A DNA stretch of 64,000 bases. Source: an uncultured Bacillota bacterium (lineage in GTDB: Bacteria > Bacillota > DTU025 > MWDF01). The first letter of the stretch is position 1. Every line of letters starts with the position of its first letter. The notes under the pieces are model-generated. The model did not search any database and was not told where the DNA came from. It worked only from the letters and a program-made list of their open reading frames with translations. Below are positions 22,593 to 32,279 of the stretch, in pieces. Where the stretch lies: assembly GCA_963823655.1 (NCBI GenBank), contig CAWGMK010000006.1, positions 1 to 64,000 of the forward strand, written 5' to 3'. The translations under genes were made by a program, and so were the position numbers.

Positions 22593-23414
22593 ATGCAGGA
22601 TAAACTTTTCGACATTTCCGGAAAAGTGGCGGTAGTGACAGGCGGCGGCGGAGTTTTGTGCAGCGAGATGTCCGAAGCGCTCGCCGAAAGGGGCGTCAAG
22701 GTAGCGGTTCTGGACTTGAGGATTGACGCGGCCGTTGCCGTCGCCGACAAGATCAAGGCAAAGGGCGGCATTGCCAAGGGCTATGCGGTAAATGTGCTGG
22801 ACAAGGCATCGATAGAGAAGGTCAAGGATGAAGTGCTCGCAGACTTCGGGACCGTGGACATACTCATCAACGGGGCGGGCGGGAACAAGCCTGACGCAAC
22901 GACGGGACCTAAGATGAGCTTCTTCGATATGCCGGCCGAGGCCATACAGTGGGTGTTCAACCTCAACATACTTGGCACGGTGATGCCCTCCCAGGTCTTC
23001 GGCAAAGTAATGGTGGAGAAGGGCAAGGGCTCGATAATAAATATGTCATCGATGAGCGCTTTCAAGCCTCTTACCAATACGCTCGCCTACTCCGCGGCGA
23101 AGGCCAGCGTCTCCAATTTCACGGCATGGCTTGCGGTACACATCAACCAGAACTACTGCAAGGATGTCAGGGTTAACGCGCTTGCTCCCGGCTTCTTCCT
23201 CACGGCCCAGAACTACTATCTGCTGGTGGACGAGAAGTCCGGCGAGATGACCCCCAGGGGGGCCAGGATCATAGACCATACGCCGATGGGCAAGTATGGA
23301 GTGCCGTCCGATCTTATCGGGACGCTGGTCTGGCTGGTGTCAGACGCCTCCAGCTTCGTTAACGGTGCCGTAGTCCCAGTAGACGGGGCCTTCAACGCCT
23401 ACTGCGGAGTATAA
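22593..23414 (+). CDS. SDR oxidoreductase, D-mannonate oxidoreductase / fructuronate reductase-like (UxuB-like)
   Basis: TGGGGVLCS, LINGAGGN, YSAAKA, RVNALAPGFF, HTPMG; gluconate-pathway context. Confidence 0.82.
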   Translation: MQDKLFDISGKVAVVTGGGGVLCSEMSEALAERGVKVAVLDLRIDAAVAVADKIKAKGGIAKGYAVNVLDKASIEKVKDEVLADFGTVDILINGAGGNKPDATTGPKMSFFDMPAEAIQWVFNLNILGTVMPSQVFGKVMVEKGKGSIINMSSMSAFKPLTNTLAYSAAKASVSNFTAWLAVHINQNYCKDVRVNALAPGFFLTAQNYYLLVDEKSGEMTPRGARIIDHTPMGKYGVPSDLIGTLVWLVSDASSFVNGAVVPVDGAFNAYCGV

Positions 23415-23435
23415 GCGCAACAGGAGGAGTCCGGG

Positions 23436-24903
23436 ATGCATGTGCTAAGCCTTGAGGTCAGCACGACCTCCGCCAAATGCATACTCTACGGCGAAGAGGA
23501 CGGAGTCATATCAAGCAGGGTTAAACAGTACCCGGCCTCTGTATCGGATGGCCTAAGCCAGGATCCCGCAGGGGTTCTGGAGGCGGCCTTCTTGGTGCTG
23601 GGGCTCGCGGCCCGGGATGCCGCAGAGAAGGGGATAGTGCCCGACGGCATAGGGCTTGCCGGGACATGGCACAGCTTGCTGCTTCTAGACAGTTCATATG
23701 AGCCTATAGGCAGGATCAGGACCTGGGCGGACCTTTCGGGGGCGCCGGCTGCCGCAAAAGCCAGGCAGGCGGGGCTCACGGATGGCTACTATAACAGGAC
23801 GGGGTGCGTTCTTCATGGGATGTACCCCTGCTGGAAGCTTGCGGCGCTTAAGGACGGGCAGGATCCGAACTTCGGCAAAGCCCGGCACATAATTACGCAG
23901 CTGGAGCTGCTTTACGCGGCCCTCACAGGAGAAAGGGCGGTATCCACATGCCTTGCATCAGGCAGCGGGCTTCTGAATTCGAGGAGCCTTCGCTGGGACG
24001 ATGAGGCGCTCGGCTTTTCCGGGATAAGCGAGGATCAGCTGGCCCCTCTCGTCGACATATTCCACACGGGCAAACTCAGCAAGGAGGCCGCAGAGAAATC
24101 CGGGTTGCCATTAGGGCTTCCGGTATCGGTGGGAGGTGCAGACGGCGCCTTGAACCAGCTGGCAATAGGTGGGTTGGACACCGGGATAATGTCGATGTCC
24201 GTGGGCACAAGCGGCGCGCTGAGGAGGGCGACGGGCTCTTCTGTTACAGCCAAGAAGCCTTCGACTTGGTGTTACAACATATCGAAAGAAGCCTGGATTG
24301 CAGGGGCCGCTGTGAACAACGCCACCAACTGCGTCGACTGGCTGGTGTCGCTTTTAGGCGGCAGCCCGGGAGATTCAGTCTGCATATGAGGGCTTGAGCC
24401 TAAGAGCCGCGGAGGCAGACCGCATGAATGCCCCGATATTCCTCCCGTTCCTTTTCGGGGAGAGATGCCCGGGCTGGATGGAGGATAGAAGAGGCGGTTT
24501 CATCGGGCTAAATTCCCAGCACGGTCCCGGGGAGATGTACTACTCGGTGCTTGAGGGCATCGCATTCAACATGTACCAGTGCTACGGAATACTGGAGGGG
24601 CTTCTGGGCAGGCCGACAAGGATAATCGTATCTGGCGGCATTACCAAATCGCCCATGTGGATGCAGCTGGCATCGGACGTTCTCGGCCTGAGGCTTGAGA
24701 CCACCGGCTCGCAAAACGACTCAACAGTCGGCGCAGCTCTAGTAATCCTTGCCGCTTTGAAGGGTGAGACGAAAATCCGCCCGGCGGAGGGAATGAGGCC
24801 GGTTGCCTTCGAGCCTGATGAGGGTTCTGCGACGTTACTTAAGAAGAGATATGAGAGGTATCTGCAACTTTACGCGGCCACCACGCCGGGCCGTTTGGCC
24901 TAG
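23436..24903 (+). CDS. gntK: Gluconokinase-like FGGY carbohydrate kinase (frameshift ~24385)
   Basis: LEVSTTSAK, TWHSLL, TWAD, YNRTGC, GADGALNQ, SVGTSGALR, FLPFLFGERCPGW, SGG. Confidence 0.8.
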
Positions 24904-24938
24904 CGGGGAGGCCTGCTTGAACTAAGCAAGATTTCAAG

Positions 24939-26225
24939 ATGGAGGCCGAAATGGTAATGAACATAGCCTTGGAGGGCGAGGACATATCGCTCATCGGGAT
25001 CAGGCAGGAGCTGGCAAGCTGGCTTTCCGCGAGGACTGCGGGGGTGAAGCGCATACTGATCCTTCCCCCCGATTACACAAGGAGCATGTCGCAGGCAGGG
25101 CCCATCACGGCAATGCTTTACGAAATGCTCAAGGACAGCTTCCAGGTCGACATAATGCCGGCTTTGGGCACACATGAAGCGGTAAGCCGGGAGGAACGGC
25201 ACAAGATGTTCACGGGCTCGATTCCCGACGAGCGTTTCATCGTGCACAACTGGAGGAGCGACGTAGTCGAAATAGGAGAGGTGCCTTCGTCCTTCGTGAA
25301 GGAAGTATCGGGCGGCAAGCTTGACTATCCCATTAAGGTGCAGGTAAACAGGAGGCTCGTCGATAAGAGCTACGGGCTTATCATATCTGTAGGCCAGGTA
25401 GTGCCGCACGAGGTCGTAGGCATGGCGAACTACACTAAGAACGTGCTGGTGGGCTGCGGCGGCAAGGATATAATCGACAAGACGCACTTCCTGGGGGCGG
25501 TCTACGGCCTGGAGGCTTTGATGGGCAGGGACCATTCGCCGGTCAGGAGGGTCTTTGATTACGCTGAGGAGCATTTCCTTAAGGACATTCCGCTGCAATA
25601 CATACTAACCGTTGTTAAAGCGACTGGGGGATACGCCAAGATCAAAGGGCTCTATGCGGGAAGGGACAGATCCCTTTTCGAAAAGGCCGTAAAGCTGAGC
25701 CAGAAGGTCAATTTCGACCTGATGGACAAGCCTTTGGACAAGGTAGTTGTCTTCCTGGACCCGGAGCATTACAAGAGCACATGGCTCGGCAACAAGGCAA
25801 TATACAGGACAAGGATGGCGATCGCAGACAAAGGCGAGCTGATAATAATCGCACCGGGTGTAAGGCACTTCGGCGAGGATAATGACGTGGATCAGCTCAT
25901 ACGCAAGTACGGCTATGTGGGAACGGAGAAAGTGCTCAGCGCAGTGAAAGAAAATGAGGACCTGTCCGGCAGCCTTTCGGCCGCGGCCCATCTCATCCAC
26001 GGCTCATCTGAGGGAAGGTTTAAGATTACATACTGCCCCGGCAGGCTCACAAGGCAGGAGATCGAGGGCGTCGGCTTCTCATACATGGATGTGGATGATG
26101 CGCTGGCAAAGTATGATGTTAAAAACATGAAAGACGGTTTCAATGAGCTTGCAGGAGGGGAGAAGGTCTTCTTCATCAGCAACCCTTCCCTGGGGCTCTG
26201 GTCTTTGAAGAGGCACTTCGCCTGA
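24939..26225 (+). CDS. LarA-family (nickel-pincer) alpha-hydroxyacid epimerase, GntE-like D-mannonate/D-gluconate 2-epimerase candidate
   Basis: PPDYTR, ALGTH, HNWR, QVVPHEVVGMANYTKN, DKTH match LarA active-site motifs; located between gntK and gnd. Confidence 0.8.
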   Translation: MEAEMVMNIALEGEDISLIGIRQELASWLSARTAGVKRILILPPDYTRSMSQAGPITAMLYEMLKDSFQVDIMPALGTHEAVSREERHKMFTGSIPDERFIVHNWRSDVVEIGEVPSSFVKEVSGGKLDYPIKVQVNRRLVDKSYGLIISVGQVVPHEVVGMANYTKNVLVGCGGKDIIDKTHFLGAVYGLEALMGRDHSPVRRVFDYAEEHFLKDIPLQYILTVVKATGGYAKIKGLYAGRDRSLFEKAVKLSQKVNFDLMDKPLDKVVVFLDPEHYKSTWLGNKAIYRTRMAIADKGELIIIAPGVRHFGEDNDVDQLIRKYGYVGTEKVLSAVKENEDLSGSLSAAAHLIHGSSEGRFKITYCPGRLTRQEIEGVGFSYMDVDDALAKYDVKNMKDGFNELAGGEKVFFISNPSLGLWSLKRHFA

Positions 26226-26258
26226 AGGATTTCCAAGTAACCGGATAGGGGTGTTGGC

Positions 26259-27674
26259 ATGGGCAACGATTTAGGCCTGGTCGGTTTGGGTGTAATGGGG
26301 CAGAACCTGGTGCTGAACATGGCATCGCACGGTTTCAAGGTTTCTGTCTACAATAGGACGGCTGCCGTTACGGCGGCATTCATGGAGGGCGGCGCCAAGG
26401 GCAACGCATCCATCAAGGGCTGCTACGGGCTCAAGGAGCTTGCGGACAGCCTGGCGAAACCTCGGAAAGTAATGCTGATGGTAAAAGCAGGAGCGGCAGT
26501 CGACGCAATGATAGCAGGCCTTCTGGAGGTACTCGAGCCCGGGGATGTGATCATAGACGGGGGAAACTCCTACTTCAAGGACTCGGAAAGAAGGTTCAAG
26601 CAGCTGCAGGCGGAGGGCTACCACTTCCTGGGAACCGGAGTGTCAGGCGGCGAGGAGGGGGCGCTTAAGGGCCCAAGCATAATGCCCGGAGGCTCGAAAA
26701 GGGCGTGGGAGCTTGCAGGCCCCATACTTACCGAGATTTCTGCAAAGGCGCCGGACGGATCGCCTTGCTGCGCGTTTCTTGGAACTGGCGGGGCCGGGCA
26801 CTTCGTGAAGATGGTGCACAACGGCATCGAGTATGTAGATATGCAGCTCATAGCCGAAGCCTACCACATAATGAGGGATATGCTGGGCATGGAGCCTAAG
26901 GCGATCGGCGACTGTTTCGACATGTGGAACAGGGGCGGGCTGGAATCCTACCTGGTTGAGATCACTTCTGCCATCCTGCGTAAAAAAGATGAGAAGACCG
27001 GCAAACCCATAGTGGACGTCATCAAGGATACTGCTGCCCAGAAGGGCACAGGGCTTTGGACGGCCCAGGAGGCATTAGCGCTGGGCACTGCGACTCCAAG
27101 CCTTGCCGAGGCAGTGTTCGCCAGAAACCTCTCGGCAAAGAGGGAAGACAGGATAAAAGCCTCCGGCATACTTGAAGGCCCGCCTGCCGTAAAGCCCACT
27201 GGCGAGATGGCGGCGATGCTTACGGGCGCTTTGGGCAAGGCGCTGCTGGCAGCGAAGATCAGCGCCTATTCGCAAGGTTTCGCGCTCATGGCGGCAGCAT
27301 CCGAGGAATATGGGTGGAAGCTGGACCTTGGAAGCGTAGCCCTTCTTTGGAGGGGCGGATGCATAATCAGGGCAAGGTTCCTCGACGACATAAAGAAAGC
27401 TTTTGCTGATGGGCCAATAGCCAACCTTATGCTAGATCCGCTGTTCTCCATGAAGATGAATGAGGGGCAGAGGGCATTAAGGCAGGTCGTATCGATAGCG
27501 TCGATGGCGGGCATCCCGATTCCGGCACTATCCTCCAGCCTCAGCTATTATGACGGCTTCAGGTGCGCATCTTTGCCTGCCAACCTTACGCAGGCCCAGA
27601 GGGATTTCTTCGGCGCGCATACATATGAGAGGCTGGACGAGGCTGGCTCGTTCCATACTGACTGGTCCAGATAG
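26259..27674 (+). CDS. gndA: NADP-dependent 6-phosphogluconate dehydrogenase (decarboxylating)
   Basis: GLGVMGQNL, YNRT, IIDGGN, GVSGGEEGA, GHFVKMVHNGIEY, QKGTG, QAQRDFFGAHTY. Confidence 0.97.
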   Translation: MGNDLGLVGLGVMGQNLVLNMASHGFKVSVYNRTAAVTAAFMEGGAKGNASIKGCYGLKELADSLAKPRKVMLMVKAGAAVDAMIAGLLEVLEPGDVIIDGGNSYFKDSERRFKQLQAEGYHFLGTGVSGGEEGALKGPSIMPGGSKRAWELAGPILTEISAKAPDGSPCCAFLGTGGAGHFVKMVHNGIEYVDMQLIAEAYHIMRDMLGMEPKAIGDCFDMWNRGGLESYLVEITSAILRKKDEKTGKPIVDVIKDTAAQKGTGLWTAQEALALGTATPSLAEAVFARNLSAKREDRIKASGILEGPPAVKPTGEMAAMLTGALGKALLAAKISAYSQGFALMAAASEEYGWKLDLGSVALLWRGGCIIRARFLDDIKKAFADGPIANLMLDPLFSMKMNEGQRALRQVVSIASMAGIPIPALSSSLSYYDGFRCASLPANLTQAQRDFFGAHTYERLDEAGSFHTDWSR

Positions 27675-27690
27675 GGCAGAGATATAACAA

Positions 27691-27724
27691 AGGGCCGCGC
27701 CCGGTGTTTCCGAGGCGCGGCCCT
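27691..27724. terminator. Terminator hairpin between convergent genes
   Basis: AGGGCCGCGCC...GGCGCGGCCCT. Confidence 0.75.
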
Positions 27725-27743
27725 GTTCAATGTATGCTGACAG

Positions 27744-28109
27744 CTATTTGTTGCCGTAGCGTGCTTCTCTTTCCAGAACCTTTTCAACCATGCCGTGTAC
27801 CTCTGCCTTGCCTTCGTCCGATAGCTTTTCAATCATGCCTAAGATGTTCTGAACCAGAGGCGCTGCCTCATCCTTGCGCACGTCCGTGTCCATGACGTTG
27901 GACCTGCCGGTAAGAAAATCCAGGGAGACGTTAAGTTCGTCTGCGAGCCTGATGAAAGTGAAGTGCCCCGGAGTGTTTGCGCCGGATTCATAATTGAATA
28001 TAGCCTGTTTTGACAGACCCAACATATTTCCCAGCGTCTGTTGGGAAAGGCCTCGGGACATCCTGACCTGCTTTAACCTTACTGAAAAATCCAATAGCCA
28101 TACCTCCAC
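27744..28109 (-). CDS. XRE-family HTH repressor (ImmR/cI-like)
   Basis: RLKQVRMSRGLSQQTLGNMLGLSKQAIFNYESG..LADELNVSLDFLTGRS. Confidence 0.9.
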   Translation of the reverse strand: MEVWLLDFSVRLKQVRMSRGLSQQTLGNMLGLSKQAIFNYESGANTPGHFTFIRLADELNVSLDFLTGRSNVMDTDVRKDEAAPLVQNILGMIEKLSDEGKAEVHGMVEKVLEREARYGNK

Positions 28110-28142
28110 GCTAATAACTTCCGATACTAGTGTGTATAAGGC

Positions 28143-28243
28143 AAGTAAAGAGTTGCTTTACTTTGCCCCTAAGTAAAGCTGTGCTTGACAGCAAGGCTGA
28201 ACTTGATATGCTAGAAATCAATGTAACTAATGCCAAAGTAAAG
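28143..28243. promoter_or_regulatory. Repeated operators and promoter between divergent XRE genes
   Basis: AAGTAAAG-N5-CTTTACTT (28143-63); AAGTAAAG-N5-CTTGACAG (28171-91) overlapping TTGACA; TGnTATGCT 28204-12; half-site AAGTAAAG 28236-43. Confidence 0.75.
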
Positions 28244-28253
28244 GGTGATTAGC

Positions 28254-28448
28254 ATGCCGCTTCCTGATTTGATTCACAAAGCCCGGACTGACAGGGGGCT
28301 TACCCTGGATCAGTTGGGGGACATGATAGGAAGGTCCAAGCAGTATATGTCGCAGTTGGAAAAGGGCAGGATAAGGCTCTCTTATGAGACTGCGGCGAAG
28401 ATTGCCAAAGCCCTGGAGACGACTCCGGACAAGCTGTTCCTGGAATAG
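28254..28448 (+). CDS. Small XRE-family HTH protein (Cro-like)
   Basis: IHKARTDRGLTLDQLGDMIGRSKQYMSQLEKG..IAKALET; HTH only. Confidence 0.88.
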   Translation: MPLPDLIHKARTDRGLTLDQLGDMIGRSKQYMSQLEKGRIRLSYETAAKIAKALETTPDKLFLE

Positions 28449-28482
28449 CCAAATCACCTGAAATATTTGTGGCGGCAGCAAT

Positions 28483-30221
28483 CTAGCCGACATCATTGAT
28501 AATCCTGGCAAGCTCCTTCTTCATATCATTGTGCGCCAGCACGTACAGATGCGTCTTCGCCCTGGAGAACGAGGTGTAATTTCGCATCTGCGCACGTTTG
28601 TCCTCGTCTTCAAGCTTGTAGACATCGACAACGATTACTACTTTAGCCTCTAGGCCCTTGAATCGCTGCACCGTTGTAATCTGAAGAAGGCCGTCGATAG
28701 GCTCATAGGCCGAGTCGGAGGCAATGAAGCTGTGGCTGCATACGCCCTTTAGCGGGCTCAGATCGGAAATGCAGCTATTGGGGTTGTCGCGTCCCATATG
28801 CGAAATGACGACCATATCCTTTATGGGGATGCCCTCTTTCATAAGCTCTTTCACGGTCTTGGCCAGCAGCTCGGACTGTTCCTCATTATTTGAGTATGTT
28901 CTCAGGCATACTTTCATCCCGTCCACCGCGTTGAAGGCCATAGGCTCAATCCTTGAAGCCCTTGTAAAGAAGTCGGCTATCCGCCTTGTGCTCCTGCAGT
29001 TTTTAGACAGCTCGAATGAGGCGAAGGAGAAATCATTCAACAAGCGAGTTGATTGACTCCTCAATGGCGCTCTCATCGCCCGAATTAAAGATGTTCTGGT
29101 TGGTGTCATAGAATATGGCGACGGTTCCCTTCTCCATGCCGCCTTTGACCATCAATCCCAGGCAGCAGATGGTAGTCTCGTTTAGTATGTCCTGGGCCTC
29201 ATCCACAATAAGCGCATCGAACCTCTTCTCCTCGGGAATGCCGCCCATGTTGAAGAATGCTTCGGGCAGGTCCTTTTTGTAGAAATTTCAAGCTCCTCAT
29301 CCGACACCCTATGATCGCCTTTCGGATAGACGTGCTTGTACAAGAAATTGTTGATATTGTCGAAACAGACATTTTCAATGGGGTTATGATTAGCGATGTT
29401 GTTCTTTACGAGCTTGTTGTAGAACAGGAACAGCACTTTATTGCCTGCGCTGCTGAGCCTTTTTGCGTGTTCTACCGCGATGAGCGTCTTGCCCGTGCCG
29501 GCACCGCCGGGAATTAGAAGCCTCTTATTCCGCCCAAGCTGTTTCAGCACGTGGTATTGCTCTTCCGTCGCCCGGTTCAGCTTTTCATCTATCCCGTCTA
29601 GCTGGGAATTCAGGTCCAGAAGGTAGCCGAAGTCGCCGCGGAAGTAATTCTTTACGGACTCAAGGTCTTTTTTGTTGGACAGCAGGGTGCCCGGCACGCC
29701 GTTTTTCTTTTTACCAAGATCTGCCCAATAGTCGAAGCAGCGGGTAAGGTAACTATCGAAGTCGTCCAGGCCCATCCTCTTATCGAAAGTAAGCTCCTTT
29801 ATTACATCAACTCCATTGAAATCAAAGGGCGCGTCAGGGAGGACGACGCCGTAAGCGAACTGCAAGTGCTATATATCGCCCGACTTGAAGTGCTGCCGAA
29901 ACTTCTCCTTCAAAGAGAACATGTTATTTTTCTGCTTGCACATATGGGCCCTGGTCACCGTCGTGAGGAATATTGTTATGGTCTACATAATACCAAGTGC
30001 CGTCCAACGCGCTTCACGCCTCCGCCCTTAACTTCGAGGCACAGGACTCCTCTTTTACAGACTAGAACATAGTCGATCTCATGCTGTCCGCTCATGTTGA
30101 AGCCCAGCGAATGGATCACATAACCGTCGATTTTGGACGACTTAAAGTACTCGAAAACCTTGCGTTCGCCCTCGCTGCAGAAGATATCCTCGCCAATTTC
30201 GGCCGGCACCATGGTTGGCAT
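28483..30221 (-). CDS. NERD nuclease + superfamily I (UvrD-like) helicase fusion, several frameshifts
   Basis: EIDYVLVCKRGVLCLEVKGG (NERD); GGAGTGKT; IVDEAQD; YDTNQ; NCRST; FKGLE; YTSFSRAK; RBS AGGAGG before ATG 30221. Confidence 0.88.
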
Positions 30222-30374
30222 AATTCGCTCCTCCTGACAAAAACATAAATGGTTGCCTAATATGGGATTCAATGAGCGGACGCGCTTCACCTTCAACCGT
30301 TACCTGGCCTTATGGTGAAAAAACGCATGCTTTCTGTTATATATAGACTAATCACTCGAAACGGAGGCATCAAA

Positions 30375-30998
30375 ATGAGCAAGGGGAAGAGCAAGAGGCG
30401 TGCAGTTGCTCCTTCGGTATTACAAGACCTATTGGCCCTGTTGATTATCGTCGCTATCGGCGGGCTGATGCACTTCACATGGGAAAGAGTTGAGGGTATA
30501 GGGGCCTTACGCTGGCTTGCAGTCCTCGTGCCTGTAAACGAGAGCAACTGGGAGCACGCGAAGATGAGCACATGGACATTGCTCATCTGGGCGTTGATAA
30601 TGCTCTGGAAAAGGAAGGGCGTAAGGAACATCAAAGAATGGTTGATGCCGACAGCACTTACCGTCTGGAGCGCGTACATCGTTATGTTCGCATTACATTC
30701 GGCAGTGCCGCTTGCTTTCGGCGAGGTTGGTATCATAAAGTATGTCGGCACGTTCACATTGGGAATTGCGCACGGGATCATGGTATTCAGGATCTCATCA
30801 AGATGGGCGCTTTCTACGAAGTTTTGGCTTATAGGCGCCCTGCTTCTGCTGGGCATGCTTGCCATGCTCGTCAGTATTCACATATTACCCGCCGCACATA
30901 CCGCTATTTATCGATATCGGAAGCGGCCTTTACGGTATACTGCCCTAGTAGCCCGCCATAAGTTAAAGGGGTGCTTGTACATTGTCCCGGAAAATTGA
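30375..30998 (+). CDS. Membrane protein, DUF6512-like
   Basis: LMHFTWE, PVNESNWEHAKM motif, several TM segments; 3' end possibly frameshifted. Confidence 0.6.
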   Translation: MSKGKSKRRAVAPSVLQDLLALLIIVAIGGLMHFTWERVEGIGALRWLAVLVPVNESNWEHAKMSTWTLLIWALIMLWKRKGVRNIKEWLMPTALTVWSAYIVMFALHSAVPLAFGEVGIIKYVGTFTLGIAHGIMVFRISSRWALSTKFWLIGALLLLGMLAMLVSIHILPAAHTAIYRYRKRPLRYTALVARHKLKGCLYIVPEN

Positions 30999-32226
30999 GC
31001 CTACGACCGGAAGAAGCTCTGACAGGTGGCTGATCCTTGCGCTTTGCTGTGCAGCTAACTTCCTCGTCTATTTCCACAGGGTGACTCCCGCAGTGATGGT
31101 AAACGAGCTCAGGGCCGAGTTCGGCGGCACATCGGCGCTTATCGGCGTCCTGTCCTCCGCATATTTCTACACATACATGCTGATGCAAATTCCCGTAGGC
31201 TATCTAACCGACAGGGTGAGCCCGCGCTATCTCATAGGCTTCGGCATCGCAATAGCAGGCGCGGCTTCAATGCTGTTCGGCATATCCAAGGACATAACGT
31301 GGGCCCTGTTCGCAAGGGCCCTTACCGGCCTTGGCGTCTCAACAGTGCTAGTGCCCGCATACAAGATATTAGGCAGCGCTTTCGGGGACAAGTTCATGAT
31401 GGCGAACGGAATAATAATGGCGGCAGGGGCCTCGGGGGCCCTTGTAGCAACCAGTCCCTTGGTGCTGCTCATAGATGCCGCGGGCTGGAGGGCAGCTTTC
31501 TTCGTCATAGCGATGGCCAGCTTCATAATTGCCGTGCCCTGCCTCCTGCTCATCAGAGGGCCTTGGGACGCGCAGAAGGGCGCATTGGGCAAGAAGGGCG
31601 TAAAGGCGGACCGCAAACAGCTTCAGAAGGCCTTCCTTCCCGGCATGATGGCCTTCTTCAAATATGGGCCGCTTGTCGCCCTCCAGGGCTTATGGGGCGT
31701 GCCATTTCTCATGGATACGTACGGTATGCTGAAAGTCGAGGCAAGCCAGCTTATGCTAATCCTCTCGGTCAGCACCATGGCAGGCGGGCTGCTGGTAGGC
31801 CAGCTGCTTGACAGGACGAAAGTAGGGCTAAAGGCGCTCTTGATCGGATCTTCGGCGGTCTTCTCGCTGTGCTGGTTGCCTTTAGCCATTAAGCCGGGCA
31901 CCACGGTCCTGCCGTTCATCTATGCATCGGTAGCGATGATGGGAGCGTCCGACATACTTGTGCTGATCTCGGCCAACAACTACATAAGAAAGAACACTGG
32001 GGAGGAGATCAGGGGGACTGTCATGGGGATAATCAACTCCATCACGCTGCTGGGCGGCGCTGTCTTCCAACCCCTGATGGGAGTGTTCATAAACGGCAGC
32101 GCATCAGGGTATCAGTTTGCCTTTTCCTTGGGGTTGGCGAGCTCAGTGATGTCGCTATTCGTATCCTACATGCTCTCCAGGAAATTCTCCAACTCTCTAA
32201 TAAGCCATTGTGTTGGGTATCGATAG
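30982..32226 (+). CDS. MFS transporter
   Basis: YFHRV, YFYTYMLMQIPVGYLTDRVSPR, ARALTGLG, AGWR; about 12 TM segments. Confidence 0.92.
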   Translation: MSRKIEPTTGRSSDRWLILALCCAANFLVYFHRVTPAVMVNELRAEFGGTSALIGVLSSAYFYTYMLMQIPVGYLTDRVSPRYLIGFGIAIAGAASMLFGISKDITWALFARALTGLGVSTVLVPAYKILGSAFGDKFMMANGIIMAAGASGALVATSPLVLLIDAAGWRAAFFVIAMASFIIAVPCLLLIRGPWDAQKGALGKKGVKADRKQLQKAFLPGMMAFFKYGPLVALQGLWGVPFLMDTYGMLKVEASQLMLILSVSTMAGGLLVGQLLDRTKVGLKALLIGSSAVFSLCWLPLAIKPGTTVLPFIYASVAMMGASDILVLISANNYIRKNTGEEIRGTVMGIINSITLLGGAVFQPLMGVFINGSASGYQFAFSLGLASSVMSLFVSYMLSRKFSNSLISHCVGYR

Positions 32227-32229
32227 AGA

Positions 32230-32253
32230 AGGGCAGGCCAAACGGCCTGCCCT
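32230..32253. terminator. Terminator hairpin between convergent genes
   Basis: AGGGCAGGCC-AAAC-GGCCTGCCCT. Confidence 0.75.
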
Positions 32254-32279
32254 CACTTGTATGAAGGGATTTTGATCTC

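Noticed and set aside
27744-30221. Intact prophage or ICE
   Set aside because: No integrase, replication, structural, conjugation or lysis genes and no flanking att repeat seen.
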